Shown: positions 9,504-19,371, counted from the first letter of the stretch. The stretch: 64,000 nt of DNA from Candidatus Latescibacterota bacterium (GCA_965116875.1 OZ220733.1:4448001-4512000), one strand, 5' to 3'. The notes: generated by a model not told the origin, from the sequence alone. Translations and numbers: made by a program.

Positions 9504-10577
9504 ATGGACGGCATTCGAGTCGCTCTGTTCGGGTTGACGCACCCGCATGCCCTTGGGCACCTGAAGACACTGCAGTTGTCCGATCTGGTGAGTGGCATCG
9601 TCCTTTTTGACGACGATCCACGGGTTGTTGCGGAGGTTCAGGAGGGAATGGGACACAAGGTCCAGGGTGGTTATGACGACCTTGATGAGATGCTCGATGG
9701 CGAAACCTTCGAGGTGGGCATCGCGGACTTCCAGAATCACCTGAATGGGCCGCTCTGCCTCAGGCTGATCGGGAAGGGCATCCACGTGATCAGCGAGAAG
9801 CCGGTTTCCAACTCCACGGAAGAGCTGTCCCGAATTGTCGACGCGGCGTCGGGGCAGGGTGTGAAGCTGGGGGTGATGTACCAGAACCGGTACCACCCCG
9901 TTGCACGGGAGGCGCGCCGTCTGGTGGCGGACGGCGTCATCGGGCGGGCTACCGGGTGTGAGGCCAGGATGATCACGTCGCAGGTCAGATTCAGAAATCC
10001 CGGTCACTGGCTGTTCGACAAACGGAAAGCGGGCGGCGGGATTCTCTCCTGGCTGGGATGCCACTATATCGATCTGCTGCGTTACGTCCTGGATGACGAC
10101 GTGGTGGAGGTATCCGCGATTGCCGATACCCTGAGCGGTGAAGACATCGACGTGGAAGACGTGGCGTCACTTGCGTTCAGGTTCGGAAGCGGAGCCATCG
10201 GCAGTCTGCACGCCGGGTATCAGCTTGCGATGAGCATCCCCGGTTATACCGGGGCCACGTACGACACCTTCGTGGGCTTTCGGGGTACCGAGGGAAGGGT
10301 GTACTGGAATCCCGTCGACCGGCCGCCGGTATTGCACGCCGAGAGCGCGACCGAGGACTGGCGATCCTCGCCCGTTCGCACCTTTCACTACGCGCTGCCC
10401 GAGGTGGACTGTTACGGGGGCGCGTTCGGACTTGCGTTCCTGGAACGGTTTTTCCATTCCGTGAACGGAGACGGCGAGCCGGTTGCAACCGGTGAAGACG
10501 CGCTCCGGGTCGCCAGGACAATCGATGCTGCATACACATCCAGCGAAACCGGACGACGGGTCGCAATCCCTTCCTGA
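9504..10577 (+). CDS. Gfo/Idh/MocA family oxidoreductase
   Basis: HVISEKPV, GGGILSWLGCHYID, DVEDVA; AGGAG RBS. Confidence 0.9.
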   Translation: MDGIRVALFGLTHPHALGHLKTLQLSDLVSGIVLFDDDPRVVAEVQEGMGHKVQGGYDDLDEMLDGETFEVGIADFQNHLNGPLCLRLIGKGIHVISEKPVSNSTEELSRIVDAASGQGVKLGVMYQNRYHPVAREARRLVADGVIGRATGCEARMITSQVRFRNPGHWLFDKRKAGGGILSWLGCHYIDLLRYVLDDDVVEVSAIADTLSGEDIDVEDVASLAFRFGSGAIGSLHAGYQLAMSIPGYTGATYDTFVGFRGTEGRVYWNPVDRPPVLHAESATEDWRSSPVRTFHYALPEVDCYGGAFGLAFLERFFHSVNGDGEPVATGEDALRVARTIDAAYTSSETGRRVAIPS

Positions 10578-10598
10578 GGCTGTTGGTCCGGACAATTC

Positions 10599-11429
10599 AT
10601 GACCGATTCCAATGAAATGAAGACGTTGGCCGGGGAACCGGTGCGGCCGCTGGGGCTTGCCGGCGCGCCCGACTCGCAAAGCGGGTTCGCATCCATCGCT
10701 TTCGGGGCCGGGGTGAATTTCTTTTTCTTTTACGGCCTGAACGTAGACGGTATGGTGGACGGGGTGAAACGGCTGCTGCGTCACCGCCGGGACGAGGTAT
10801 TCGTCGCCACGGGGACGGAATCCCGCGATCCGTCGCAAATGCGGGACTATCTGGACGCTGTACGCGGGACGCTGGACGTGGATGCGATCGACCTGTTCTT
10901 CGCGGAATACGTGTCCCCTGCGGATGATCCGGACGACGTGCTGGGAGAGGGCGGGGCGGTCGATGAAATCCGGAAATGGAAGGACGAAGGCAGGGTCCGC
11001 TACGTAGGCGCAACCGCACACAGCCGACCGCTTTCGCTGTCCCTCATCGAGAGCGGTCGGATCCAGGTGCTGATGCACCGGTACAATATGGCGCACCGGA
11101 AGTCGGAGGAAGAAGTGCTTCCCGCCGCCATCGACGCGGGGGTTCCGGTGGTTGCGTTCACGTGTACGCGCTGGGGGTCGTTGCTCGAGGGGCATGCCGG
11201 CTGGCCGGGACAGGTCCCCCGGGCGGCGGACTGCTACCGGTTCGTGCTGCAGCACCCGGCCGTCGCTCTGGCATTGACGGCGCCGGCAACGGAAAACCAG
11301 CTGCGACGAAATCTCACGGTGCTGTCGGAGCCTTATCAACCGGCTCCGGAAGAGATGTCTGCCTGGAAGGCATACGGCGACCTGGTCTACGGAGAAGGCG
11401 GCGATGCATTTGAAACGCGTTGGCCATAA
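10599..11429 (+). CDS. Aldo/keto reductase family protein
   Basis: EGRVRYVGATAH, RYNMAHR, CYRFVLQHPAV. Confidence 0.78.
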   Translation: MTDSNEMKTLAGEPVRPLGLAGAPDSQSGFASIAFGAGVNFFFFYGLNVDGMVDGVKRLLRHRRDEVFVATGTESRDPSQMRDYLDAVRGTLDVDAIDLFFAEYVSPADDPDDVLGEGGAVDEIRKWKDEGRVRYVGATAHSRPLSLSLIESGRIQVLMHRYNMAHRKSEEEVLPAAIDAGVPVVAFTCTRWGSLLEGHAGWPGQVPRAADCYRFVLQHPAVALALTAPATENQLRRNLTVLSEPYQPAPEEMSAWKAYGDLVYGEGGDAFETRWP

Positions 11430-11442
11430 AGAAACGGTTCCT

Positions 11443-12210
11443 GTGAATCCATTACGCCTGTTGCTGATCGCGTTTTTGGCCGTCGCGTGCGCATCTGACG
11501 TTGAGAATCCGCCGGCGGCCGGCTTCGATTCCGCAGGTTCGGACGCAAGGGCGATTGAGATTGCAGACGCCGTTATGAGGAAGATGGGCGGTCGGTCGAA
11601 CTGGGACCGTACCCGGTACCTCACCTGGAGATTCTTCGGCCGGCGGCTGCACGTGTGGGACCGCTGGACCGGCGACGTGCGGTTTGAAGAGGCCGATCGC
11701 ATCACCCTGATGAACGTCCACAACAGGACGGGACGCGTCTGGAAGGCAGGGGTGGAAATCGCGGAGTCGGATTCTCTGAAGAAATACCTCGACCGGGGAT
11801 ACCGGGCATGGATCAACGATTCCTACTGGCTGGTGATGCCCTACAAGCTGAAGGACACGGGCGTGACGCTGACGTACGGAGGCGAAGCAGAGATGGAAAA
11901 TGGGCGGAACGCGTACGTGCTGACGCTTACCTTCACCGGCGTGGGCGTGACCCCGCAGAACAAATACGACGTTTTCGTGGACAGGGAACGCATGCTGGTG
12001 GAACAATGGGCCTTCTACCGAAACGGTTCAGATGAGAAGCCGCGCTTTACCGGCCCGTGGACGGGCTGGAAGCAGCACGGCAGGATCCTGCTTTCCGCCG
12101 GGCGCGGCACAAGAGCCCATTCCGACGTGGCGGTTTTCGATGACCTGCCCAGGGCCGTCTTCGAAAGCCCCCATCCGGTGGATATGATGGCGTTCGACAA
12201 AGCCGGGTGA
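11443..12210 (+). CDS. Putative lipoprotein, unknown function
   Basis: GTG start, hydrophobic stretch then LAVAC lipobox-like; WINDSYWLVMPYKLKD conserved-looking motif. Confidence 0.7.
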   Translation: MNPLRLLLIAFLAVACASDVENPPAAGFDSAGSDARAIEIADAVMRKMGGRSNWDRTRYLTWRFFGRRLHVWDRWTGDVRFEEADRITLMNVHNRTGRVWKAGVEIAESDSLKKYLDRGYRAWINDSYWLVMPYKLKDTGVTLTYGGEAEMENGRNAYVLTLTFTGVGVTPQNKYDVFVDRERMLVEQWAFYRNGSDEKPRFTGPWTGWKQHGRILLSAGRGTRAHSDVAVFDDLPRAVFESPHPVDMMAFDKAG

Positions 12211-12280
12211 AGTGTAGCCATACGTTTTTCGGGAGTTGCGGCTGGCTGGCCCTGTATTCACCGCATTGACATGCAGGAAT

Positions 12281-12316
12281 GAAAGAGGCCCTTCGTTCGG
12301 AAGGCCTTTTTTTGTT
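12281..12316 (+). terminator. Intrinsic terminator
   Basis: AGGCC...GGCCT hairpin followed by a T-run, downstream of the catabolic operon. Confidence 0.7.
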
Positions 12317-12357
12317 GCTGGCGCCGCCGGAACGTGTCTGGCGCGGGCTCGGGTGTC

Positions 12358-12386
12358 TTGACTTGCCTGGTCTATTTTCTTATGTT
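12358..12386 (+). promoter_or_regulatory. Sigma70-type promoter
   Basis: TTGACT-17 nt-TATGTT. Confidence 0.6.
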
Positions 12387-12560
12387 GTGAAGACTTTCCG
12401 CAGACGAATTTGCGCCGAACCGTTCACGCGGCGATGATCTTGTCTGCAGGGCAGAGGGAACCATAGAAAAGGCCGTTCGGTCGTCAGTCCGTTCGACGGA
12501 ACACCCTCGCCATTCTCACGATCAAACAGGCAGAGATAACCAACTCAGGGGAGGGCGGCT

Positions 12561-13583
12561 ATGCGTTTCTTTTTGAGATGGAATATCGTTGGATTGCTAT
12601 TGATGTGGCCGGTAATCGGGCACGCACAGCTGATGGATAGCGGGTCGGAGAAACCGGAAGGAAAGGGCGGCGACCCTGCGGGCGCGTGGATGGCCGACTC
12701 CACAGCGTTGCCGGTATGGGCGTCTGCCACACTGTTGGGTTTGGTCCAAGATGAGTCCATCGACGGAACCGTATCCGGTACTGTGAAGCTGGATACCAAT
12801 TCCGGCGCATACGAGACGGACTACGTCACATCGGTCAAGGTTTCGCTGACGATACAAATGTTGGGTGCGAGCATCGACAGCACCTTTGTCGACACATTCA
12901 AGCAAGCGGGCACGTTCAGTGTCGAGGATACCAGTTTGATACTGACGCCGACGGTTGAGGAAGGAGAGACGGCGGTCAGCGATACGCTTGGTTTTACCGC
13001 CAGAGACGATTCGCTGTTTCTGATACAGGTTGTATCTCTTCCCCCTCAATATGCGACCATCATGGCGTCGATGCGGCTGGAAGCGCCGCTGGCAATCCTG
13101 GGCTTCGCGAAGGCGGAGGGGGAACCCGATCCACCAACTCCCCCTGAACCACCGCCGACAGGAACGTCGGCCGACTTTAATGGCGACGGGAAGGTGGACT
13201 TCTCGGACTTTCTTGCATTCGCGGGCAGTTTCGGCTCTAACCGTGGCGATGTCCGGTATGAAGTGCGGTTTGATCTGGACGGCGATGGGTCCGTCGCCTT
13301 TTCGGATTTTCTGATCTTCGCCGGCGCGTTCGGCAGTGAGGTTCCGCCCTCCGGCGGCAATCTTGGCGCGTGCAGAGCGGGTCTGGTGGTGAATCCTGGG
13401 GCAACTTGCACTTACAAAGGTCAAACCTTCTCGGTTTCGAGTTCGGGCCGGGGATCTATCGCGTTCTTCAGCGCCGGTACCGGTATAGACGCCAGAGGTT
13501 CCACCATTAACGGTGTACGGTGGAACTTTCATGCCACGAAAAACAGTGGCAGCAACGCCTGGACGATTCATACTGCCGATTGA
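12561..13583 (+). CDS. Secreted protein with Pro-rich linker, dockerin-like double EF-hand and small Cys-containing C-terminal domain
   Basis: Signal peptide; PDPPTPPEPPP linker; DFNGDGKVDFSDF and DLDGDGSVAFSDF loops. Confidence 0.8.
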   Translation: MRFFLRWNIVGLLLMWPVIGHAQLMDSGSEKPEGKGGDPAGAWMADSTALPVWASATLLGLVQDESIDGTVSGTVKLDTNSGAYETDYVTSVKVSLTIQMLGASIDSTFVDTFKQAGTFSVEDTSLILTPTVEEGETAVSDTLGFTARDDSLFLIQVVSLPPQYATIMASMRLEAPLAILGFAKAEGEPDPPTPPEPPPTGTSADFNGDGKVDFSDFLAFAGSFGSNRGDVRYEVRFDLDGDGSVAFSDFLIFAGAFGSEVPPSGGNLGACRAGLVVNPGATCTYKGQTFSVSSSGRGSIAFFSAGTGIDARGSTINGVRWNFHATKNSGSNAWTIHTAD

Positions 13584-13904
13584 GCGTTTCCGTCAGCGGC
13601 GGGGCCTTCAGAAATATCGGCAGCGGCTGATACAATTATACGCCGTTCGGTTCGGGCACGTTTTGCAGTGCGACTTTCAACCTGAACGGATTGCAGGGCA
13701 CCCGTGAAGGTGATAATTTTCGGATTACCGCCGTTCCTTGATTCCGGAGCAAAGCCGAATGTCGACACTGAACGAAGGACCCGAATCCTGTGGGCTCGGT
13801 TTTGCCGGAATCGGCGCCAACCGCTCGCTATTGCTCTTATCAACCCATACGCACCCCAAAGTGGCTTTCTGCTCAACAAACAACCATACTCGATTATTTA
13901 AGGA

Positions 13905-14675
13905 CTACGGGACGCCGGTGAGGAGGAGGCCGCCGTCCACCGGCAGTGATGCGCCGTTGATGTTCGCGGCGTGGGGGCTGGAGAGAAAGACCACGGCGCG
14001 TCCGATGTCTTCCGGTGTGCCGTATCTTCTCGTCGAAATGAAACCGCTGAGCCGTTCCGGCGCGCTGCCCCGCGCGGGCGGTGGCTCGCCGAAGTCGTGT
14101 TCGGTGTCCATATAGCCTGGCAGGATCGCGTTACAGCGAATGCCGAGGGCAGCCAGTTCATAGGCCATGCTCATGGTAAGCCGCAGGATCCCCGCCTTGG
14201 CTGTGCCGTAACAGGTGTCGTTTGCCCACACGGCCTGTGCGTGTACCGATGAAATGCTCACAATGCTCCCGCCCTCGCCCCGTTCCGCCATGTTTCGGGC
14301 GGCCGCCTGGCTGCAGAGGAAATACCCTTTCAGGCAGACGTCCAGCGTGCGGTCCCAGTCTGCTTCGGTGATTTCCAGAAACGGCCGGTTTTGGGAAGCG
14401 TAGGGGTTGTTGACCAGAATATCGACGCGGCCGAAGCGATCCAGGAATTCCTCAAACATCCGATTCACCGCCTCCGTGCTCGAGATATCGGCGTCGAAAT
14501 AGGCTGCCTTGCGGCCCGCTTCCCGAACGAGGTCCAGGGTTGTTTCGGCATCGGCGTCGCGCTCGACGTCGTTAATGCCCACGTCGCATCCGGCATCCGC
14601 CAGAGCCTGGGCGATTCCCCGTCCAATGCTGCGCCTGGCGCCGGTAACGAGTGCTTTCTTTCCTTCGAGCAACAT
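13905..14675 (-). CDS. Short-chain dehydrogenase/reductase
   Basis: ALVTGARRSIG, LVNN, YGTAK (YxxxK), VDGG. Confidence 0.92.
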   Translation of the reverse strand: MLLEGKKALVTGARRSIGRGIAQALADAGCDVGINDVERDADAETTLDLVREAGRKAAYFDADISSTEAVNRMFEEFLDRFGRVDILVNNPYASQNRPFLEITEADWDRTLDVCLKGYFLCSQAAARNMAERGEGGSIVSISSVHAQAVWANDTCYGTAKAGILRLTMSMAYELAALGIRCNAILPGYMDTEHDFGEPPPARGSAPERLSGFISTRRYGTPEDIGRAVVFLSSPHAANINGASLPVDGGLLLTGVP

Positions 14676-14840
14676 AGAGAACCTCGCTGGAGATGGAGCG
14701 TTGAATGGCATGCGAAACTGACGCATGAAATACGAATTCGATTTTCGGCTGTCAAACAGAAAAGGGGGGAGGTAACGATGCCTTCCGCCTCTGGTTTGAA
14801 CGATGGGTTCTACGCGCGGCCTCGCTGCAGGAGAACTCCA

Positions 14841-15542
14841 TTGAAACGAACGGCGATGGTTGGTTTCATTCTTTTCGGGTTCCTGTTTCAAACCTCGAGT
14901 CCGGAATCGAATCCAGTCGTACCGGCATTGGAAGACAGCCTGTACATTGCCGCGGACTCCGTGGCAACACTGCTTGCGCCCGAACTGCACGTGGCCGCGG
15001 CGGCCATGGAAGCGGGAGACTATTCGCTGGCGGCAGCGAAACTCGAGGCGCTCGCCCGGCGCGATACTTCCAATGTCGGTGTGCTTCGCGTGCTCGCGAG
15101 CGCCTATCTGAGACAGGAGGCGTACGCATCAGCCGTGCCGGTGTGCGAAAGGATTGCCGTGCTGGATTCGACTGACTCGGGGGTCCGGGTGGCCCTGGGT
15201 TTCCTGCACGGGAAGATGGGAGATGCGGACCGCTCCATGGCGGCGTATCGGGACGCGATAGACGTGAATGCCGAAACAATTCAGGCATATCAGGGTCTGG
15301 GATGGATACATCTGCATCGGCGCGAACTTCAGGAAGCCATGAACATGATCGCGAAGTCCACCGAACTTGCGCCGGAATACGCCCCGAATTACGTGTTGAT
15401 GGGTCGGGTCCTGACGGCGCAGGGCTTTTACGAAAATGCCCGGCAGGCCTTTCAAACCGCATTCAGGCTGGAGCCCGGATTACGGGAACAATATGGCATT
15501 CTGCTGCAGGAACTGGTCCTGAGGCACGGTCTTGAGCCGTAG
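14841..15542 (+). CDS. Exported tetratricopeptide-repeat protein
   Basis: AGGAGA RBS before TTG; hydrophobic N-terminus; several TPR-like helical repeats. Confidence 0.8.
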   Translation: MKRTAMVGFILFGFLFQTSSPESNPVVPALEDSLYIAADSVATLLAPELHVAAAAMEAGDYSLAAAKLEALARRDTSNVGVLRVLASAYLRQEAYASAVPVCERIAVLDSTDSGVRVALGFLHGKMGDADRSMAAYRDAIDVNAETIQAYQGLGWIHLHRRELQEAMNMIAKSTELAPEYAPNYVLMGRVLTAQGFYENARQAFQTAFRLEPGLREQYGILLQELVLRHGLEP

Positions 15543-15675
15543 CGGAATCCGGAGGGTGTTCTCGCAGGGGCGCGCGGTCGGGTCCTGTCTCTTCCACAGC
15601 CGGAATGCAGGAAGGCTTGTCCGGTGAACGTGTGCGGATGTCGCGGGGTGTGCGGACGCAGTACAGGGAAGGGGT

Positions 15676-16434
15676 TTACTTGAGGGAAAAGCCGATGGGC
15701 ATCACCATCCAGACCTTGCGTTTTTCTCCTTCGTGCTTTCCGGGGCGAAAACGGAACTGGCGGGCGGCCGCGATGGCATTGCTTCGAAAGATCTCGGGTC
15801 CGCTGACGACTTCCACCTTCTCCACGCGTCCACGCTTGTCCACAAGCACACGGACCTTTACTGTGCCTTCCAGCTTCTGTTTGTGGGCCTGACGGGGATA
15901 CTCGGGCGCCACGATACGGATCGGGTGGGGTTTGTATTCGATGTCGAACTCGTCCATCGGGGCGTCGGACGGAGGGCCCGTGGCGATCGGCCCCCTCAGG
16001 CGCAGATCCAGCGGGAGCGCGTCAAGGTCCAGTTCGGTTGTTTCGATCGTGACGTCTTCGGGTATTTCCTCCCCTTCCACCTCGATCGGCACGGCCGGCC
16101 GCGGCGGCGGCGGCGGACGTTTGGCCTGGGATGTTTCGGGAATCTGTGCCCACTGAACGACGTCGACCTGGGGTTCGTTCAGCACCACGGTGGGGATGTG
16201 TTCGGGATAGATGAGAACGGTGAACAGCATGAAGAGAAAGGACGCACCCAGCGACTTCAGAAAGCGGGTTCCGTAGTCACGCTTGAGGTCCACGTCCGGA
16301 TTCTTGGAGCGCACCGAAACACGAATACCCGTTGGATGATCCTTCAGGAGACGCAGGAACCTCTCCTGGCGCTCACGATATCGCGCCAGTTGTGCCAGAA
16401 GCGAATGACTGAAGCGATGGTGAACGATATTCAT
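15676..16434 (-). CDS. TonB-family energy transducer
   Basis: TM helix, PPPPPRP linker, C-terminal PEYP...EGTVKVRVLVDKRG...FRFRPG. Confidence 0.88.
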   Translation of the reverse strand: MNIVHHRFSHSLLAQLARYRERQERFLRLLKDHPTGIRVSVRSKNPDVDLKRDYGTRFLKSLGASFLFMLFTVLIYPEHIPTVVLNEPQVDVVQWAQIPETSQAKRPPPPPRPAVPIEVEGEEIPEDVTIETTELDLDALPLDLRLRGPIATGPPSDAPMDEFDIEYKPHPIRIVAPEYPRQAHKQKLEGTVKVRVLVDKRGRVEKVEVVSGPEIFRSNAIAAARQFRFRPGKHEGEKRKVWMVMPIGFSLK

Positions 16435-16710
16435 TGTTCAGATGACTGAGGTTATGTTCAGATTGAAAATGGGGTGGCGCCGGGGGCGATTCGTTCCGGA
16501 TGACTGGTATCACCCCGGAGAATTGGTCGCGGACGCCGACGCCGGTGGGGATTGGCCGGATTCGGCTCTTTTCAACTTTATACAAATGGAACGGGAAAAG
16601 GTTCCGGGCCGACGGCTTCCCTCAGCCCGGCCCGGCAGATGCTGAGACGGCATGATCTTTACAGGTGACCGATCGACCCGCTGCGATCGCGTAGATGTAC
16701 CTGTTGGCCA

Positions 16711-16748
16711 TAAACCACTAAATTAGTCCAGACATACGAAAAGTCAAG
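16711..16748. promoter_or_regulatory. Candidate operator/promoter between tonB and DUF971
   Basis: ACTAA-A-TTAGT palindrome and TACGAAAAGTCAAG, nearly identical to 52027-52041. Confidence 0.45.
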
Positions 16749-16802
16749 CCCAAACTTGAAAACGGGCCGCGAATCCAAAGCTGCCCGGCCTGTTGCGGCG
16801 TT

Positions 16803-17138
16803 ATGAACGATCAAATTGGCATTCCCGTACGCATCGACGTGAAGCGGGACGACGGAGAGATGGAAATCGAGTGGCGGGGAGGCCGCGTCGACAGTCTGCC
16901 GCTTTCCGTGTTGCGGCGATGGTGTCCTTGCGCGTTGTGTTCGGACCGACGCGAACAACAGGCCAGGGGCAGGGGATTGCACATGCTGACACCCGGGGAG
17001 CGCGACGCAACGGCCGACGTTGCGGATGTGGTACCGGTGGGGCGGTACGCCATACAGATCAGGTGGGGAGACGGTCACGATACGGGAATCTATACGTACG
17101 ACTCCCTCAGAAGAATGGGTGAAGAGCAGACGGGGTGA
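16803..17138 (+). CDS. DUF971 (GBBH-like N-terminal) protein
   Basis: LRRWCPCALC, VGRYAIQIRWGDGHDTGIY. Confidence 0.9.
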   Translation: MNDQIGIPVRIDVKRDDGEMEIEWRGGRVDSLPLSVLRRWCPCALCSDRREQQARGRGLHMLTPGERDATADVADVVPVGRYAIQIRWGDGHDTGIYTYDSLRRMGEEQTG

Positions 17139-17256
17139 ACGGCGCCGGCCGGATGCCGCCTGTTGCATCTGTATTTGACAGTGCCCGCATTGTGAAGTCA
17201 TATTTGGGGCATGGGAGACAAGGAACGCGGAGAATCCTCATTATCGGGAGAATGCC

Positions 17257-18180
17257 ATGGCTCGGTCCGTTGAAAGTGTTCCGGTTGCAGCTTCATCAAA
17301 GCGTCAAACGAAGCAGTTGCCTCAAAGGGTGTTGGGAAAAACCGGCGTGCGTGTGCCAATCCTTGGCTACGGATCGGCTCCCGGCGGAATCGGCATGGAT
17401 GACGATGAAGCCATTTCGCTCTGCCACGTGGCGATCGACCATGGCGTGACGTTCATCGATACTGCGCCAGGATACGGCCGTGCGCACCTTCAGTTGGGGC
17501 AGGTCATGGCCGGCCGCAGGGACGAGGTTTTCCTGGTTACCAAGACGCCGGCAGACGACGCGGACTCGGCGCTTTCGATGTTGGAGAAAGGCCTGAGAGA
17601 TCTGCAGACCGATCACGTCGACCTGGTCTATGTACATTCGATGGGTAATCGGGACGTAGACAGGGTGCTGGCTTCCAACGGCGCGCTCGAGGGCCTCAGG
17701 GAAGCGCGCCGCAGAGGTTGGACACGGTTTATCGGAGTGACGGCGCACAACGCGCCCTGGCGAACAGCCCGGGTATTGAAGGAAGCTGAAATCGACGTGG
17801 TAATGCTTGCCATGAACATCGCGGACCGATATACGTACAACTTCGAAAACGAAGTACTCCCGATTGCCTGTGAACAGGACGTTGGAGTTGCGGCAATGAA
17901 GGTCTATGGAGGGGCGTTGGACATGAAATACGACAATCCGGCGCCTTCGGCCCTGGCCGCGCACGGGCCGCACGATCATGAGGCGGCGCTGCGGTACGCG
18001 CTGGGGCTGCCCGGGGTCGGTACGGCGGTTGTGGGGGTGTTTTCGGAGGCCGAACTGTTGCAGAACGTGGAATTGGCACGGCGGATAACGCCGCTGGATG
18101 GAGCGGACAGCCTCGCTGCGGAGCGCATCGGACGGCAGGTGGCCGCAGACTGGGGACCGCATTACGGGGCGGTGGAATAG
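17257..18180 (+). CDS. Aldo/keto reductase
   Basis: RVLGKTG, FIDTAPGYG, FLVTK, DLVYVH. Confidence 0.9.
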   Translation: MARSVESVPVAASSKRQTKQLPQRVLGKTGVRVPILGYGSAPGGIGMDDDEAISLCHVAIDHGVTFIDTAPGYGRAHLQLGQVMAGRRDEVFLVTKTPADDADSALSMLEKGLRDLQTDHVDLVYVHSMGNRDVDRVLASNGALEGLREARRRGWTRFIGVTAHNAPWRTARVLKEAEIDVVMLAMNIADRYTYNFENEVLPIACEQDVGVAAMKVYGGALDMKYDNPAPSALAAHGPHDHEAALRYALGLPGVGTAVVGVFSEAELLQNVELARRITPLDGADSLAAERIGRQVAADWGPHYGAVE

Positions 18181-18196
18181 AAGGCGATCAGAGAAC

Positions 18197-19333
18197 ATGA
18201 TATCCAACTGCTATTCACGCGCGCGTTTCGGTATACCGGCGGTCTGCGCCCGGAGGGTTCATCGCGTCGTATGGCGCGTCATCGCTGGAGCAACTCTGTG
18301 CGCGTGCGGGGTTGACGAGGGGGGGTCGCCGCTGGGGAGTATCGCGCCCAGGTCCTTTGGCGCGGTCGGCCCCATGGTTGAACCCAGGCGGGACCACACG
18401 GCCACACGGCTGTCCGACGGTACCGTGTTGGTGGCCGGAGGGATACACGTGGTTACCGCGGGCGTCGAAGAGCCGCTGACGAGCGCAGAGGTCTTCGATC
18501 CGGTCACGGGGAGGTTCCGGCGAACCGGCGACCTGCCGGAAGGGCGCAGCGGGCACGTGGCCGCCCTGTTGAGTACGGGCAAGGTACTGATTGCCGGAGG
18601 AGGCCGGCAGGCACTGGTCCTGTACGATCCTGAATCCGGTACGTTCGCGGGCAGTTCGGCAGGCAGCAGAATCCAGCGCCCGAGTTCGGCGACGGCATTG
18701 CGGGACGGGAGGGTGCTGCTGCTGGGTAACCTGACCTTCCTGGCGGAGATTTACGACCCGGAATCAGACAGCATTGTTAAGACCCTCAACGTGGGCACAA
18801 GGCGCATTCAACAGACGGCGACGCTGCTCAACAGCGGAGACGTGCTCATCGCGGGCGGCGCCCGCAGTCTTGCCGAGTTGTTCATCGCCGCGAATGATTC
18901 CCTGGTTGCGTGGAGCGCCGGCCTGCAGGTCGTCAGATTCGGGCATACGGCAACGTTGCTGGAAGACGGACGGGTGCTGCTGGCAGGCGGCAGCGCGGAG
19001 TTCGGGGCAAGCGTGTTCAGCCCCGTGAGCAGCACGGAGACTTTCGATCCCAACCTCCCGTCATTCCGGGATCCGGGAAGCATGCAAACGCCGAGATTTG
19101 GACACTCGGCCACCCGGCTGCGTGACGGAAACGTGCTCATCGTCGGCGGTGCGGCGGCCGACGCGGAGATCTACGATCCCGATACGCGGGTCTTTCAGTT
19201 TGTCGGCGGTGACGCGGGCAGGATCAGAAGCGGCGCCACCGCCACCCTGCTGAACGACGGGCGGGTGCTCCTGGCCGGGGGTGTGGACGAGGAGTTCCTG
19301 TATCTCGAGCGTGCGCTGGTGTTCAATCCCTGA
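18197..19333 (+). CDS. Kelch-repeat beta-propeller protein, probably exported; start uncertain
   Basis: About seven repeats of R-x-x-H-T-A-T-x-L-x-D-G-x-V-L-x-A-G-G...E-x-F/Y-D-P. Confidence 0.85.
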   Translation: MISNCYSRARFGIPAVCARRVHRVVWRVIAGATLCACGVDEGGSPLGSIAPRSFGAVGPMVEPRRDHTATRLSDGTVLVAGGIHVVTAGVEEPLTSAEVFDPVTGRFRRTGDLPEGRSGHVAALLSTGKVLIAGGGRQALVLYDPESGTFAGSSAGSRIQRPSSATALRDGRVLLLGNLTFLAEIYDPESDSIVKTLNVGTRRIQQTATLLNSGDVLIAGGARSLAELFIAANDSLVAWSAGLQVVRFGHTATLLEDGRVLLAGGSAEFGASVFSPVSSTETFDPNLPSFRDPGSMQTPRFGHSATRLRDGNVLIVGGAAADAEIYDPDTRVFQFVGGDAGRIRSGATATLLNDGRVLLAGGVDEEFLYLERALVFNP

Positions 19334-19371
19334 CCATACGGATATTGGAGGATACAGCACGACAGTACGCT

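Noticed and set aside
5985-10064. 1359-aa minus-strand ORF
   Set aside because: Antisense shadow of four well-supported + strand genes in GC-rich DNA; no motifs; spans gene boundaries
13590-13900. Moderately AT-rich gap with CCTTGATTCC and CATACTCGATTA resembling parts of the MITE, plus short ORFs
   Set aside because: Matches are too short and not colinear; the ORFs lack an RBS or recognisable motif
16460-16705. Long tonB leader with an ACAGGT...ACCTGT hairpin as a possible cobalamin riboswitch
   Set aside because: No B12-box or other conserved cobalamin riboswitch core found by eye
18380-19330. Periodic nucleotide repeats as a possible CRISPR-like array
   Set aside because: They are in-frame kelch protein repeats with codon-level divergence
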